From: Mobula hypostoma
Lineage: Eukaryota
Length of the DNA: 64,000 bases
Assembly (NCBI RefSeq): GCF_963921235.1
Contig: NC_086097.1
Coordinates: 88,476,001-88,540,000, forward strand
Direction: 5' to 3'
The notes under the pieces are model-generated. The model ran no database searches. It had not been told where the DNA came from and saw only the letters and a program-made list of their open reading frames with translations. Positions 1 to 12,765 of this stretch are shown here, one piece after another; within the stretch, counting starts at the first letter, position 1, and every line of letters starts with the position of its first letter. A program made the translations under genes and the position numbers.

Positions 1-260
1 GAGGCGATAAGACTGCAGTTAGTGGGGCACTGTCTACGCCACCCTGAGCTACCTGCCAGCTTAGTCATCGTATGGGAGCCCAAGCATGGAAGGATGAACC
101 CTGGGCCCCCTCCCAAGACTATGGTCAACACGCTGCTAGAAGACTGCGGCGCGGCTCTTGTAGATGAACTGAACACACTGATGAGGGAGAGGGAGAAGTG
201 GAGAGTCCGTCATCGTGCCCGACACCGGCCCCCTAGGCCTGAGTCGATGTAGTAGTAGTA
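1..260 (+). mobile_element. 3' end of an RTE-clade LINE with a (TAG)n tail
   Basis: Translation GHCLRHPELPASLVIVWEPKHGRMNPGPPPKT...REREKWR resembles the RTE ORF C-terminus. It ends in tagtagtagtag at about 249-260. Confidence 0.7.
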
Positions 261-334
261 GCTGCTGCAAAACAACAAAGCTCATGACATATGCCCAGGG
301 ATACTAAACCTGATTTTGAAAACTGTTCACAGGG

Positions 335-752
335 TGAGGTCTAACCAATGCCTTATCAAGCCTCAGTGTTACATTCTTGTTTTTATATACTAGTCCTCTT
401 AAAATGAATGCAAACATTTCGTTTGGCTTTAAGAAACAATCTACAAATTAACTTTTAGGGAATGCTGTGCAAGGACTCCCAAGTCCCTTTGCACCTCTCA
501 TTTTTGAGTTTTCTCCCCGTTTAGAGAACAGTCGATGCCCTTATTCCTTCTTCCAAAGTGCACGATCATACAACTCCCTACACCATATTCCGCCTGCCAC
601 TTTCCCCATTCTCCTAATCTGTCCAAGTCATTCTGCAGACTCCCTGATTCCTCAACACCACCTGTCTTTCCACCTATCTTCGTATAATCTGCAAACTTGG
701 CTACAAAGCCATCAATTCCATTATCCAAATCACTGACATTGACATGTAACAA
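335..752 (-). mobile_element. CR1 LINE ORF2 (RT) fragment, decayed
   Basis: Minus ORF reads DLDNGIDGFVAKFADYTKIGG...LQNDLDRLGEW...VHFGRRN, the CR1 FADD region. Confidence 0.9.
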
Positions 753-3469
753 GATTCTACCATTATCTTGAAAAATTTCAAATGCAAATTAATAGTTAAT
801 TTGAGTAGCCTCGATGCTTGATTTTGATGTAAATACAGTATGTTGGGGGTGGGGACAAAATGCTACTGCGTAGATTCAATGTGAGTGTTTGGTCAGATAT
901 TTCAATGATTTTTTATAGCAATTCTTTCTGAGGCAAAGCAGGCAACAACTGGCTTTGAATGAAGGGTCTTTGACCTAAAGCATTAACCTTGTTTCTCTAT
1001 CCGCAGGTGTTGCAGGATGTGCTGAGTTTAACCATTTTTAATGTTTAATTTATGGTGTAGAACCAGGAGTACATGAGAGGCAATGACAAAGTTATTCCCC
1101 ATAACTGTAAATGCTACTCATATTCACCTTTAATAAAAATCATATTCACTTTTAATAAAAATTTTAAAAACTTCAAATGCTGGATATCTGAATTAAAGGC
1201 AGAAAACAGTGGAAGTAGTCAGCAGGTCGGGTATTATTTGTAGAAATAGAGCTATCGTTTCATATTCATTTAAGGGGAAAGAAATCAAATTAGTTTTCAG
1301 AAAATGTAGGGAAGGAATGGATAGGACAGAGGGTATATCTCTGGAATAGTGATACCAGGGTTGCTATGGAGATGAGCTGCGGAGGTCATCCAGTTGATGA
1401 GTTAGTAAGGAGAGTGACAGAGACAGAGAACAAATTGAATAAAATCCATGAGGTAAGTTCAGTTAAAAAGTAAGAATATAAATAAAGGAATCTAGAAAGC
1501 TGTGAAATGCAAGATGAGAGATTCGTTTGTTAGGTTAGGTTACTCTGTCACTCCAAACGATACTGGGCATGTGTAAGAGCAATCTGCTAGTCTTCTGCTC
1601 TGCTCTGCCCTGGTCACTCTCAGAATTTCCCAGTCTAATTACCCCTTCAGTGGAACACAAGATTAGGAATTATCTTTACTCTGCAGTGGGACTCGTGCCA
1701 AATGCAAAGTGTTGATAAACTCCTGGACAAACCTGGTCAAATTTCCCCAGAGATATGAAACTATACTGAGCTGGTCATCAGCATATCTCACTCTGGGTAA
1801 TGCTGAGAAAGTTAAAGTGTTCCATGATGGAAAGTCCAGGCCTAAAGTTTAAAGCATGTGAACTTTGTTGTTGATTTTAATATTTCATCTTGAAGAAGCA
1901 ATAGGGTGGGCATTGACTCAGACAACAGGCACATTGCCAAGTCTAGATATTGAAAGAGAGTGTGTATGCCTGAGGTTACTTTAAAATGGATTTTTGCCAG
2001 TTCTATCTATGATTTAATCATAAGGGTAATAGCACAGAATGGAAGGATTTGTAATTGGTACTGCAGTGTGTGTAAGAATTTTGTGCGACACCAGATACCG
2101 ATGAACATTTTATTAGGGCACCTGGGCCTGCACATTACTGTAATTTGGTAAAGAAGCAAACCAGATGGACAGAACCCTCAGATTAGATCTTTATTACTCC
2201 AGGAGGGTAGTAATAGCAATTTAACTGTTGGAAAGTGCTGAATAATGGATAGCCAGCATTCAACAGTTCCACTTGTTCAGGGAAGATTTCATAATCACAA
2301 ATTTCATATTTTATTTAATACATATATATTTAATAACATATTTTATTTAATTCCCTTTCCTTTCAAAATTAAAGCAACCAAACAAATACAGATGGTTCAG
2401 TGTCTAATAACATTTTTCTGAGGCATACAGCTGCAGAACTGGTATTTTCCCTCAGATACTTGAGACGCGTTACACGACTAACAGAATGATTGTAAAAGCA
2501 TCCATTACCTTACATTAAAATATGTTTTGTTTAGGATTAGTGGAAGGATTTGGACAAGGTTCTTTTACAAAAATATACTGATATTTATTCATAAAATATA
2601 CAATTATTTGATATATTCTGAACTTTGAAATTTTGATGCTATTTGTTGTACCTAGCATATCAGAATTTCTGAAAGGACAAAGAGGGATGAGATATTCCAG
2701 TCTAAACTGGATGTGGAATCATGCTAACTGGTATTCTTCAGTGCTGAACTCAGGCAAACATTTTAAAGTATAAGGAGCCAGAAGGATATCAGACAATTAT
2801 TTACCCCTGCTAACCTGAAATTACACTGCTGGTTTCTGTTCTGAATTAAATCCCAAGTCTCTCCTGCAGCAATTCTTACTGAATGTCAAGGCACTTCATA
2901 CCGGTAAACTATTTGACACTGGAATCTGCCCATGATCTCACCTTTGGTCATCATGCCTTTCCATCTCTCACTGGGGCAGTGTTACCCGGTGTCAAAGGGT
3001 GTCATAGCTCCTGCCTACGTAGTCCTGTGGACAACTTCTCCCAATAATTGACAGAGTTTCTGGTTATTTTGTACTTTCTTCACATTCAAGGGCATATGGA
3101 AAAAAATAGCTTGGACCATGTGGGAAAGGGAGAAGGATATTGTTGAAATTTGCCATCCTCTCTCAAACAATCCCACTAAAAAAAAGTTGATAAGAATTGA
3201 ACAATGTGTTCTGGATAAAAATTACGATCACAGATAGTGATTTTATTTTGAAGTGCTTCAGTGTGTTCTTACTGGTGCGAGACTTTCTTGCAAACAGTGT
3301 GAGATTTAGGTCCTTCCAAGCATCTGCCCCACAGCACTAGAAAGGCACACTCCACCAGCATACTCTACCATGTATATGTGTGGGTTTCACCCTCACAAAC
3401 ATTGCCAGGCACGTGGCGGAACTCAGGAATGTTGGCTTTGGCTGTGGCTACTGAAAGAGAGCAAGGTGA

Positions 3470-4522
3470 TGCACATGAGGCTGCTCATGGTATTACAGGA
3501 AAGTTATTAGCATGGATGAAAGATTGGCTGTCTGTCAGGAGGCAAAGAGTAGGAATAAAGGTGGACTTTTCTGGTTGGCTGCCGGAGGCTAGTGGTGTTC
3601 CGTAGGGGTCACTGTTGGGATCGCTTCTTTTCACATCATATGTGAATGATTTGGTTGATGTAATTGATGTCTTTGTGGCCAAGCTTGCGAACAGTATGAA
3701 GATAGGTGGAGGGGCAGGTCGTGTTGAGGAAGCAGGAAGTCTGTAGGAGGACTTAGTCTGATCAGAATGGGCAAAGAAATGGCAGGTGGAATATAGTGCA
3801 GGGAAATAGATGGTCATGCATTTTGGTAGAAAGAATAAAAGCATAAACTATTTTCTAAATGGGGAGCAAATTTTGAAATCAGAGGTGCAAAGGGACTTGA
3901 GAATCCTCGTGCAGGATTTCCTAAAGTTTAATTTGCAGGTTGAGTCAGTGGTAAGTAAGCAAAGTGCAATTTTAGAATTCGTTTCAAAAGGACTACAGGA
4001 TATGAACAGTTTTGGGTCCCTTATCTAAGAAAATATATGTTGCCATTGGAGAGCCTCCTGAGGAGGTTCACAAGAATGACTCCAGGAATGAAAAGGTTAA
4101 TATATGAGAAGTGTTTGATGGCTCTGGGCCTATACTTATTGGAATTTAGAAGAATGAGGGGGCATCTCATTGAACCCTATCAAATATTGAAAGGCCTAGA
4201 TAGAGTGGATGTGGAGAGGATGTTTCATAAAGTGGGAGGTCTAAGGCCATCCTCAGAACAGTGGGTTGTGCAATTAGAACAGAGATGAGGAGGAATTTCT
4301 TTAGCCAGAGAGTGGTGAATCTGCGGAATTCTTTGCCACAAGCAGCTGAGGAGGCCAAGTCATTGGGTATATTTAAAGCAGTGGTTGATAGAATCTTGAT
4401 TAGTAGGGCATTGAATGTTATGGGGAGAAAGGGATAATAAATCACCTGTGATGGAATGGCAGAGCAGACTGAATGGGCTGAATGACCTAATTATGCTCCT
4501 GTGTCTTATGGTCTTATGGTCT
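3470..4522 (+). mobile_element. CR1 LINE, 5'-truncated, RT to 3' tail
   Basis: HGITGKLLAWMKDWLSVRRQRVGI, MHFGRKN and RRMRGHLIEPYQILKGLDRVD motifs. Tail gtcttatggtcttatggtcta. Confidence 0.92.
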
Positions 4523-4809
4523 AATGGGTGGGAGGGTTAGAATGGAGGTAGAGTGGAGATATAGTTGGAGCTTTGGTTGACAGCTTCTTGAAAGGCTTTG
4601 AGTACAGGTGCAACAGCAGCTGTGGATGTAGTCTGAGAGTGGTGGTGGTGTCAATCAACTTCTGGATCTGGAGTATAGAGTTAGGGTCACGAAGATGATC
4701 AGGCTAAGTCCCGTTGATGGAAGGGAGCCTGGTAAGCAACCTAAGAAGAAGAGTTAAATGAGACTGTCATGCTAGCCTTTAAGACCTGATTAGACAGGAC
4801 TCCTTTAAG

Positions 4810-5100
4810 TTATGCTTAAGCGTACATCACATGCAATGCGAAAACCCGCTTCTGCATGAATGCTTCGTGCTCTCTGCATATATGTAGCTGCTGTTCATCA
4901 TTACACATCACTGCACATAAAATGGCATCTGCTGCTCTATGCAAGTACAGAAAAACTCCATTTATCAGTCCAATCAGAACTTTGGTGGTGCCAGACAAGC
5001 ATATTTTCCAGACTTTACTCCTATCGGATTTTATTCCTATGAATATTCCCAAAAACTTCATTCAATTTTAAGAAAAATTTACCAATATTCCACCGAACCC
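4810..5100 (-). mobile_element. Possible very decayed hAT transposase C-terminal fragment
   Basis: Frameshifted minus-strand pieces IKSDRS, ATYM..EAGF and DVRLSIT weakly echo the hAT TYLCEAGFS...DLRL dimerisation motif. Confidence 0.3.
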
Positions 5101-5219
5101 GGTAAATTCAAAAGGAGTGTGCTAAACAGAATCAGTTGAGCATGGAATTTGAACCAGTTATGCTTTAAAAGATATCAGAACCCAGAGTCCAGATATGTGG
5201 AAGGGAGCAAGGGACCCTA

Positions 5220-6370
5220 GTGAGCTTCAAGACCTTGGCCTCAATATCTCTTTGTGCAATTAGATCTTCGATTTCCTCACTTGCAGACTCCACTCAGTTC
5301 GGATTAGCAACAACGTCTCCTCCACAATCTCCAGCATGGGTGCACAAGGCTGTCCGCTTAGCTCATTTTATATTTATGACTGTGAGGCTAAGCACAGCTC
5401 TAATGCCGTATTAGGTTTGCTGACGGCACCACTGTCATTCGCCAAATCAAAGGCGGTGATGTATTGGTATATAGAAAGGAAATTGAAAATCTGGCTGAGT
5501 GATACCACAATCACAACCTCTCACTCAATGTCAGCAAGACCAAGGAGCTGATAATCGACTTCAGGGGGAGGAATCTGCAAGTCCATGAGCCAGTCTTCAT
5601 TGGTGGATCAGAAGTGGAGAGGGTCAGCAACTTTAAATTCCTCGCAGTTATCATTTCAGAGGACTTCCCCTGAGCCCAGCGTGCAAGCACAATGACAAAG
5701 AAAACACAGGAACACCTCTACTTCCTTAGAAGTTTGGCAAACTTCTATAGCTGTGTGGTGGAGAGTATACTGACTAGTTGCAACATGGCTTGGTATGGAA
5801 ACACAAATGCCCTTGAATGGAAAGTCCTACAAAATGTACTGGGTATGGCCCGGTCCATCATGGATAAAACTTTCCCCATCATTAAGTACATCTACATGGA
5901 ATGCTGTTGCAGGTAATTAGCATCCATCATTGGGAAAAGCCCCACACCGCCAAGACCATACTCTTCTCACTGCTTCCGTCAGAAAGAATATGCAGGAGCC
6001 TCAGGAAACACACCAGCAGGTTCGAAAACAGTTATTACCCCTCAAACATAGGGCTCCTGAACTAGTGGTGATAACTTCATTTACCCCATTGCTGAACTAT
6101 TCTCACAAACTATGGACTCACTTTCAAAGACTCTTCTTCTTACATTATTAATATTTGTTGTTTATTTATTATTATTTCCTTTTTTTTCTTTTGTATTTGC
6201 ACAGCTTTTGCCTTTTGCACATTGGTTGTTTGTCTATCCGATTGGGTTTGGTCTTTCATTAATTCTATTATGTTTCTTGAATTTACTGAGTATGCTGCAA
6301 GAAAATGTTTCTCAGGATTGTATTTGTTGACATATATGTGCTTTGATAATAAATTTACTTTGAACTTTGA
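5220..6370 (+). mobile_element. Rex1/Babar-type LINE fragment with 3' UTR
   Basis: Decayed GAPQGC, FAD, KTKELIIDFR and LYFLRSL...FYSCVVESILT motifs. The 3' end aataaatttactttgaactttga is shared with the copies at 36.0 and 54.3 kb. Confidence 0.85.
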
Positions 6371-8347
6371 GTGGAAGGGAGTGCAGAAATCAGCACTGGG
6401 TGTACTGAACACTAGACCATTGTGGTTTCTAAATAGTCAGAGAGTGGAGAATTTGAGTTATTCTCTATGGCATACACATGGATGTTAATGAAAAATTTGG
6501 TCACCTTCTCAGATCATGCAGAAAGTCTAGGTCAGTGGCTAAGTTTCTAATAATATTCCCTTGCAGAGTCTATAAAAACATTGCACAATCCAGAAGAATT
6601 TCTAGGCCACTGCAGTGAATCTCCTATTAGATAACTCCACAATGAATGCTAATTAATAGGACAGAGTAAGAATGTAGCTGATAAATATTTTCACTTGAGA
6701 AGCACTGAGCTTAACTGGTGCAATAAATAAAAACATGATAATATAGCATTATGTAAATATATTAAATAAACAGAGGTCAGAAAATCTATACATGCTAAGG
6801 AAGCTGGTGATCTGCCCAGAAGGAAACACTGCAGGTAACTGACAGAATAATTCACAGGTTTTATTTTAGGTGAATCACTGTCCCCTGGAGCTTGTTTGTT
6901 TGTAGCCTTGTTTTGAAGTTTTATTTTCATTTCAGACAATTGAAATGTGGTGGTCACAGAGCATAGCTGGATATCGCAATTTAAAAAAATCAAGTTTGTG
7001 GGTATTTCAGCAAATTTTCCCTAAGCTGAATAATTTAACTCCCACACCTAGGACCACTGTGATCAATTTCTAAGTTAAAAACATCTGACAGGTGTAAAGA
7101 TCTTTGACGTTCGGGCATCTTCAACCTCAGTGGAAATTCCTCAGTTTAGCCAAGCTTCTGGATGTGAAGTTTAAATTTTTTAATCTAACTGACACTTCCC
7201 TTTCAGCTGATATTAATGAAGCTTGTGATGGCATGATGTGAGATTGCTTCCATTTCATTAGGTCTCTAACCACGTGCCCTTGTTACTTTGTTAGAATCTA
7301 TCATATGGTAACCGGGTAACAAGGAGTGGATAAGCACACTGATCTAGAATCTGGATTCACACCCAGTCTCTTAAAACATACACTAGCCTCAAGTAGTTCA
7401 AAAATGTTGCAGGTCTTTACTCAAAATGTGACAAGAACCTAGTTGAGAATAACATTTGGATGAACACCCAACATCGAATAATTTGTTTCTAGGTTAAATG
7501 TGCATTTCTCATATTGAATGATTATTGTTTCCCAACTGGCAAACAGACTACAGGATAAAATAAAATGTGTGTAAAACATGGTGGTAATGCAGAAAAATAG
7601 CTCTATCATTTAAACTGTGGATGGCTTTTGACAGAACTTAATATTCAGAAATTCCAATAGCCCTGATAGTAGCAGTGGGTATGGAGAAAGGCTTTGGTAT
7701 TAGCTGAAGACATCTCTTGTAGGAGACTATTTTCAGAGCTCAGCATAGTCCCCTTTCTCTTTTCTAAGACTGGATCCAAGAGGTTGGTAGACAATGGATA
7801 ATTGCGGTGGCTGCTGATGGAGATAGATTCAGAGTGGGAGATAGGTGTAGAATTGGTAGGATGAAGAGAGAGATGAGGATCGGAGACAGGAGATTAGTAC
7901 TCAGAGTTGGTCTAGCCTAGGAAGTGTGGGAAAGTTTGGCATCATTGTTGTGAAATTAGCATAGTGTTGGTATAATGGTTTGTGGAAATGGAATTGGAGA
8001 TGGGATTAAATTGGAGGGTGGATTAGATCAGAGATGTTATGGGTGAAGCGGCGGGGGGGGGGGGAAGAACACTTGGAAACTGGCATGGTGTTGGTGGGTG
8101 AGTGGATTAGTCTGTTCAGGCCACTAAGCAGAACAGGAAGTGTGGAGGGGGATCATTTTGAAGCATAGCCAACACCACATCAATATGAGGAATGAGATTT
8201 GTAATGGGGTATTCTAGGGGCTAGCCCGGTGACTAAGGATGATTTACTTAATTGGCAAGTGTTCCAGTCTCACTCTAAAGGAGCTGGTCAGTTGCCACAC
8301 GTTCCTACTTGAGCATATTGAATCAATATTCGTCAACAGAGCAACCC

Positions 8348-8665
8348 AGAATCAGAATCAGGTTTAATATCATTAACATATGTCATAAAAATTGTTGTTT
8401 TGCAGCAGCAATACATTGCAATACATAAAAAGACACTATAAATTATAATAAGAAATATATGTATATAAATAATTAAATAAAAAAGTGCAAAAAGAAGGGG
8501 AAATATAGTGAGGTAGTGTACATGGGTTCATTGCACATTCAGAATTCTGATAGCAGAGGGGAAGAGCTGTTAAAACACAAGAGTGTGTGTCTTCATGCTC
8601 CTGTACCTCTGCTGTAGTGAGAAGAGGGCATGTCCTGGGTGATGGGGGTCCTTAATGATGGATCT
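8348..8665 (-). mobile_element. Rex1/Babar-type 3' tail
   Basis: cagaatcagaatcaggtttaatatc is the reverse complement of the gatattaaacctgattctgattct tail seen at 10538-10561. Confidence 0.7.
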
Positions 8666-8674
8666 CAATCGAGT

Positions 8675-9335
8675 CATAGAGAACTACAGCACTAGAGTGT
8701 ACTAGTCCCATCAACCCATACCTGAACCATAGCCCTCCATATGCCTCCCATCTATGTACTTATTCAAACTTACCTTAAATGCAGCAGTCAAACCCATCTC
8801 CACCACTTCTTCTGGTAGCTTGTTCCACACTTACACCCTCCTCTGAAAAAAGAAGTTCCCACTCAGGTTCCCTTTAAATGTTTCACCTTTCGCACTTCAC
8901 CCATGACCTCTATTTCTAGTCTCTCCCAAACTCAGTGGGAGAAAAAAGTCTACTTGCATTTATCCTACTTATAACCCTTCATAATTTTTTATACCTCTAT
9001 CAATTCTCCTCTCATTCTCCTACGCTTCAGGTAATAAGGTCCTAATCTAGTCATCCTTTCCCTATAACTCAGGTCCTCAAGTCCCATCAACATCCTTGGA
9101 AACTTTAATGATGCTGACATCTTTCCTATGGGTAGTTGACCAGAACTACAAACAATACTCCAAATTTGCCCTTGCCAATGTCTTATACAACTGCAAAGTA
9201 ACATCCCAACTCCTCTACCCAGTACTTACATTTATGAAGGTCAATGTGCAAAAAGCTCTCTTTACCATCCTATTAACATATGGCACCACTTTCAAGGAAT
9301 TATGAATCTCTATCCCCAGATCCCTTTGTTCTACT
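8675..9335 (-). mobile_element. CR1 LINE 3' fragment
   Basis: Minus ORF contains GLEDLSYRERMTRLG...RRRMRGELIEV. Confidence 0.85.
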
Positions 9336-9683
9336 GTAACTAATTACCCTACTAATTTTCCTTGTAACCTATGGTATATCCTCCATCTTCAGCCACTCAC
9401 CTGCACACTAAGGGAACTTGTCTAACCTACCAATCTGCACTTATTCACTGTACTGTTACTGCAGAACTGCAACACGCAAGGTCAGGAGTGAATCTGGGTT
9501 GCCGAACCCTGAAGCAGCAGCTCCAAGAGGTGCATTACTGTGCTGTCCTCCCCAGGAATACCTAGTGATGGCCACTACTCAGACAACGTAATGGACAACA
9601 TAAGGTCTCTGATCTGTTTTTTTTTCTACGGGGGCTGACATCATGTGGTATAACCCCTGCATAAATAAAAATGACATCAGCAT

Positions 9684-9938
9684 GGGGTGGTATGGTAGTG
9701 TAACGGTTAGTGCAACACTATTACAGCTCAGGGCGTTGGAGCTCAGTTTTGGTGTCCCCTGAAAGACCGTTTGTACGTTCTTCCCATGTGCATGAGGGTT
9801 TCTTCTGTGTGCTCCAGTTCCCTCCCACATTTCAAAAACATTCTGATTAGTGGATTGATTATTCGTTGTAAATTATCCCATTATTATGCTAGGATTAAAT
9901 TGGGGCTTGCTGGGGCGTATCTCAATCAATAAATAAAA
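9684..9938 (+). mobile_element. tRNA-derived V-domain SINE
   Basis: Head tggtagtgtaacggttagtg. V-domain-like ttcttcccatgtgcatgagggtttcttctgtgtgctccagttccctcccaca. Tail caatcaataaataaa. Confidence 0.7.
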
Positions 9939-9944
9939 GAGAAT

Positions 9945-10124
9945 TGATTCAGTTTTAAAGGCAAAGGGTGATCACACCAAATATTGATCTGATTTAGTTT
10001 TTTGCTGTTTACTGCTCTTTATACTAATTTTTTGATTTTTAGAAACTTTATTTCATTATTTTTTAAAGCAACTTTGCTTTATAGAATTTTTTAATATGTG
10101 CTGAAGACCTTTGCTCAGTACTAT
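9945..10124 (+). mobile_element. Tc1 transposon 3' remnant
   Basis: gttttaaaggcaaagggtgatcacaccaaatattga translates to VLKAKGDHTKY*, the Tc1 C-terminus. It is followed by a degenerate TIR gtgctgaagacctttgctcagtacta. Confidence 0.7.
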
Positions 10125-10126
10125 AT

Positions 10127-10435
10127 TCTATAGGCATCCGTTAGTCTCATGAGACCATGGATTTGCACCTTGGAAGGTTTCCAGGGCGCAGGCCTGGGCA
10201 AGGTTGTATGGAAGACCAGCAGTTGCCCATGCTGCAAGTCTCCCCTCTCCACGCCACCGATGTTGTCCGAGGGAAGGGCATTAGGACCCATACAGCTTGG
10301 CACCGGTGTCATCTCAGAGCAATGTGTGGTTAAGTGCCTTGCTCAAGGACACAACACGCTGCCTCAGCCAAGGCTCGAACTCACGACCTTCAGATCACTA
10401 GACAAACGCCTTAACCAATTGGCTACGTGCCAACA
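10127..10435 (-). mobile_element. tRNA-derived CORE-like SINE with 13-bp TSD
   Basis: Minus strand has A-box tagccaattgg, B-box gagttcgagcc and CORE-like gtgtccttgagcaaggcacttaacc. Flanking direct repeat ctcagtactatat at 10114-10126 and 10436-10448. Confidence 0.85.
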
Positions 10436-11203
10436 CTCAGTACTATATATACGTATTGTAATTTATAGTTTTTAAAATTATTATGTATTACAATGCACTG
10501 CTGCTGCAAAACCAAAACTTTGACAACATAAGCCAATGATATTAAACCTGATTCTGATTCTAATTCTTTCTGCTAGAGAATAACTGCAGTTCAATAACAA
10601 AGGATTAGCTGTAGCCGCTAAAATATGTGCAGCACGTTTTGTATGGATTCTTGGGGAAAAAAATCAGAAATCTGATGTGATGGAGGAACTGAAGGAGATT
10701 TTATGGGTGATTACTGTGCAGGCAAAGCTTCACTTGTAAACAACCCACAGTGACTGCAGTGGTGACTCAGCCGAGTCAGCTCAGGCGTAGAGAGACACTC
10801 TCCTGTCACTTGCATGGCAACACTGATGTCATAGAAATGTGCCCACCTATTGAAATTGAGGGAATGTGATTGATTGGGGGGAAAATGATCTCAAATTTGA
10901 AAAATTCCTAATTATAAAGGACGATCACACGGCATCTGAGCCACAGCAGGAAATTTTCCCCCTCCTGTTCGGCGGCAGGGGTTTTAACATCATGCCCTCT
11001 CTCTTTGTTCCATTATTCAAGTTCTCCTTTCCATTCATATTGTGTATCCCTGGCCCGCACTGTGACTCATTACTACCTCAAGACTTCACAGACATTATAC
11101 GCTGTTGACAGATTTACAATCAGCCAATCAAAGGAAAGGTATCATAGTTTTAAAAAAAAAATAAAATGTAATACAGGCAATCCCTCTTACCCTGGGCTTT
11201 TGC

Positions 11204-11204
<1 letters not shown>

Positions 11205-11244
<40 letters not shown>
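11205..11244. repeat. (CA)n microsatellite at the end of a collapsed Penelope-type hairpin repeat (to about 11375)
   Basis: About 20 CA units, followed by atgctggaggaactcagcaggccaggcagcatc and the inverted tccagcattttgtgtgtgtt. Confidence 0.85.
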
Positions 11245-11247
<3 letters not shown>

Positions 11248-12765
11248 ATGCTGGAGGAACTCAGCAGGCCAGGCAGCATCTATTAACTGTCAACATATCG
11301 GGCCTATATCAGGACCTGAGTCCAGCATTTTGTGTGTGTTGCTTTGAATTTCCAGCATCTGCCGATTTTCTTGAGTTTGGGATACCACCCTGGGCTTTTA
11401 ATTGTTCTAATTACACTGACCTGATACTTGCTTAACACCCTAACTAACCACTCAGCTAACTCCTGCAGAATAATGGTGAAGAAAGGAATTGTATGTACAT
11501 TCCTTAAATGTATCAATTGCTTTCAGTTTGTATCTGCTCTGCTCTGATTTGTGTACTAACCTCCTGAGCAGTGGTATCTGAATGCCATAGAGAAGGGCAG
11601 ATGAGGAAGATCAACCAGTAAGTTATTCCACCATCTTCTACCTCCACTCTTCCAAAGCCAAACGCCAGCTACAAGAACAGAGTATCATCTATCAGCTGAG
11701 ACCAGCAGGAAGACAGCTTCAAAAGAAAGAAAATAAAGATTAGTTTTATTTGTTGCATGCACATCAAGACATACAGTGAAATGCATCATTTGGGTCAAAT
11801 CAAGGACATGGCTTAACTCCTGCTTCACTTTACATTCCCATTTCATCTCTGGGCTCTTGGATTCCAAAGATCTACCAGTGTCATTCTTAAATGTATTCAA
11901 CAACTAGGCATTGGCCACCCCCTGGGAGGGTAAAATCCAGATTCATGAAACTCAGAGGACAAAATTTGAAACCCTCTCCAGTGCTAAATGTTGGCCCCCC
12001 TTATCCTGAGCCTATAATGATCCATCAAAGACTCTCCAGCCAAATATTGATTGCAAAACAGTTAAATGCTCAACTTGGGTTGGCAATGCTCAATATTTAT
12101 TCACTTCCAAAGCATGTTCAGATACGTCAGAAGGGCAAAGTGAGCCACAGTGGTTATTTCACTCCCTGAAATGGATAGTTCTATGGGTAGCCTGCCCAAC
12201 TATGTTATAATGCTAACACAGTAAAATACACTTTGTCAATGGGGAAATGAACATTGATGTAGTATGGATGGGGAGACACAGAGTATGCATTGGGAGACAG
12301 GGTAGAGTAAAAACTAGGAGACATAGAGCAGTCATTGCTGGAAGAGAACATGAAGAGAGCTGTGGCCAGCACCAAGACTGGAACCCATTGAGCTATTGGT
12401 TGTGCTGTTGAAAGAAATGGTAGAGCCAGCTCTTCAAGGCAGAGTCGACACCACGTCTCCAAAAACTGGGCTTAATCTGCTAAGAGATTGTCCAGGGTTA
12501 GCACAGGGAGATATGTTGGAGTCAGTAATGAGCCAGGTCTGTCAACGTGCACCATCTTAGCAGCAGCAATGGTGGAGGCAGCACTGGGAGCCATGACTGC
12601 AGGTACAACCCTCAGCCTTGGCACTTTGTACTAAACCTGTCCTTGGCCATGGTTTTTTGCCGTGACCCAGCCTTAGCTCTCCTGCTTGACCCAGGTTGTG
12701 AGTCCTGCCACTGACTCCATTTCTCCCATACTATCCTTGAAAACATCTCAATATCATAGAGTGTC

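Noticed and set aside
1118..1161. 22-bp tandem duplication (a 17-bp one also occurs at 39904-39937)
   Set aside because: Ordinary local slippage duplications with no sign of function.
2535..2582. GFGQGSFTKIY resembles the JAK pseudokinase Gly-loop and follows an AG acceptor
   Set aside because: It is followed immediately by a stop, has no donor, and no other kinase exons were found. Probably chance.
10360..10435. tRNA-like sequence on the minus strand
   Set aside because: It is the SINE head. It continues into a CORE-like body and lies within a TSD, so it is not called a tRNA gene.
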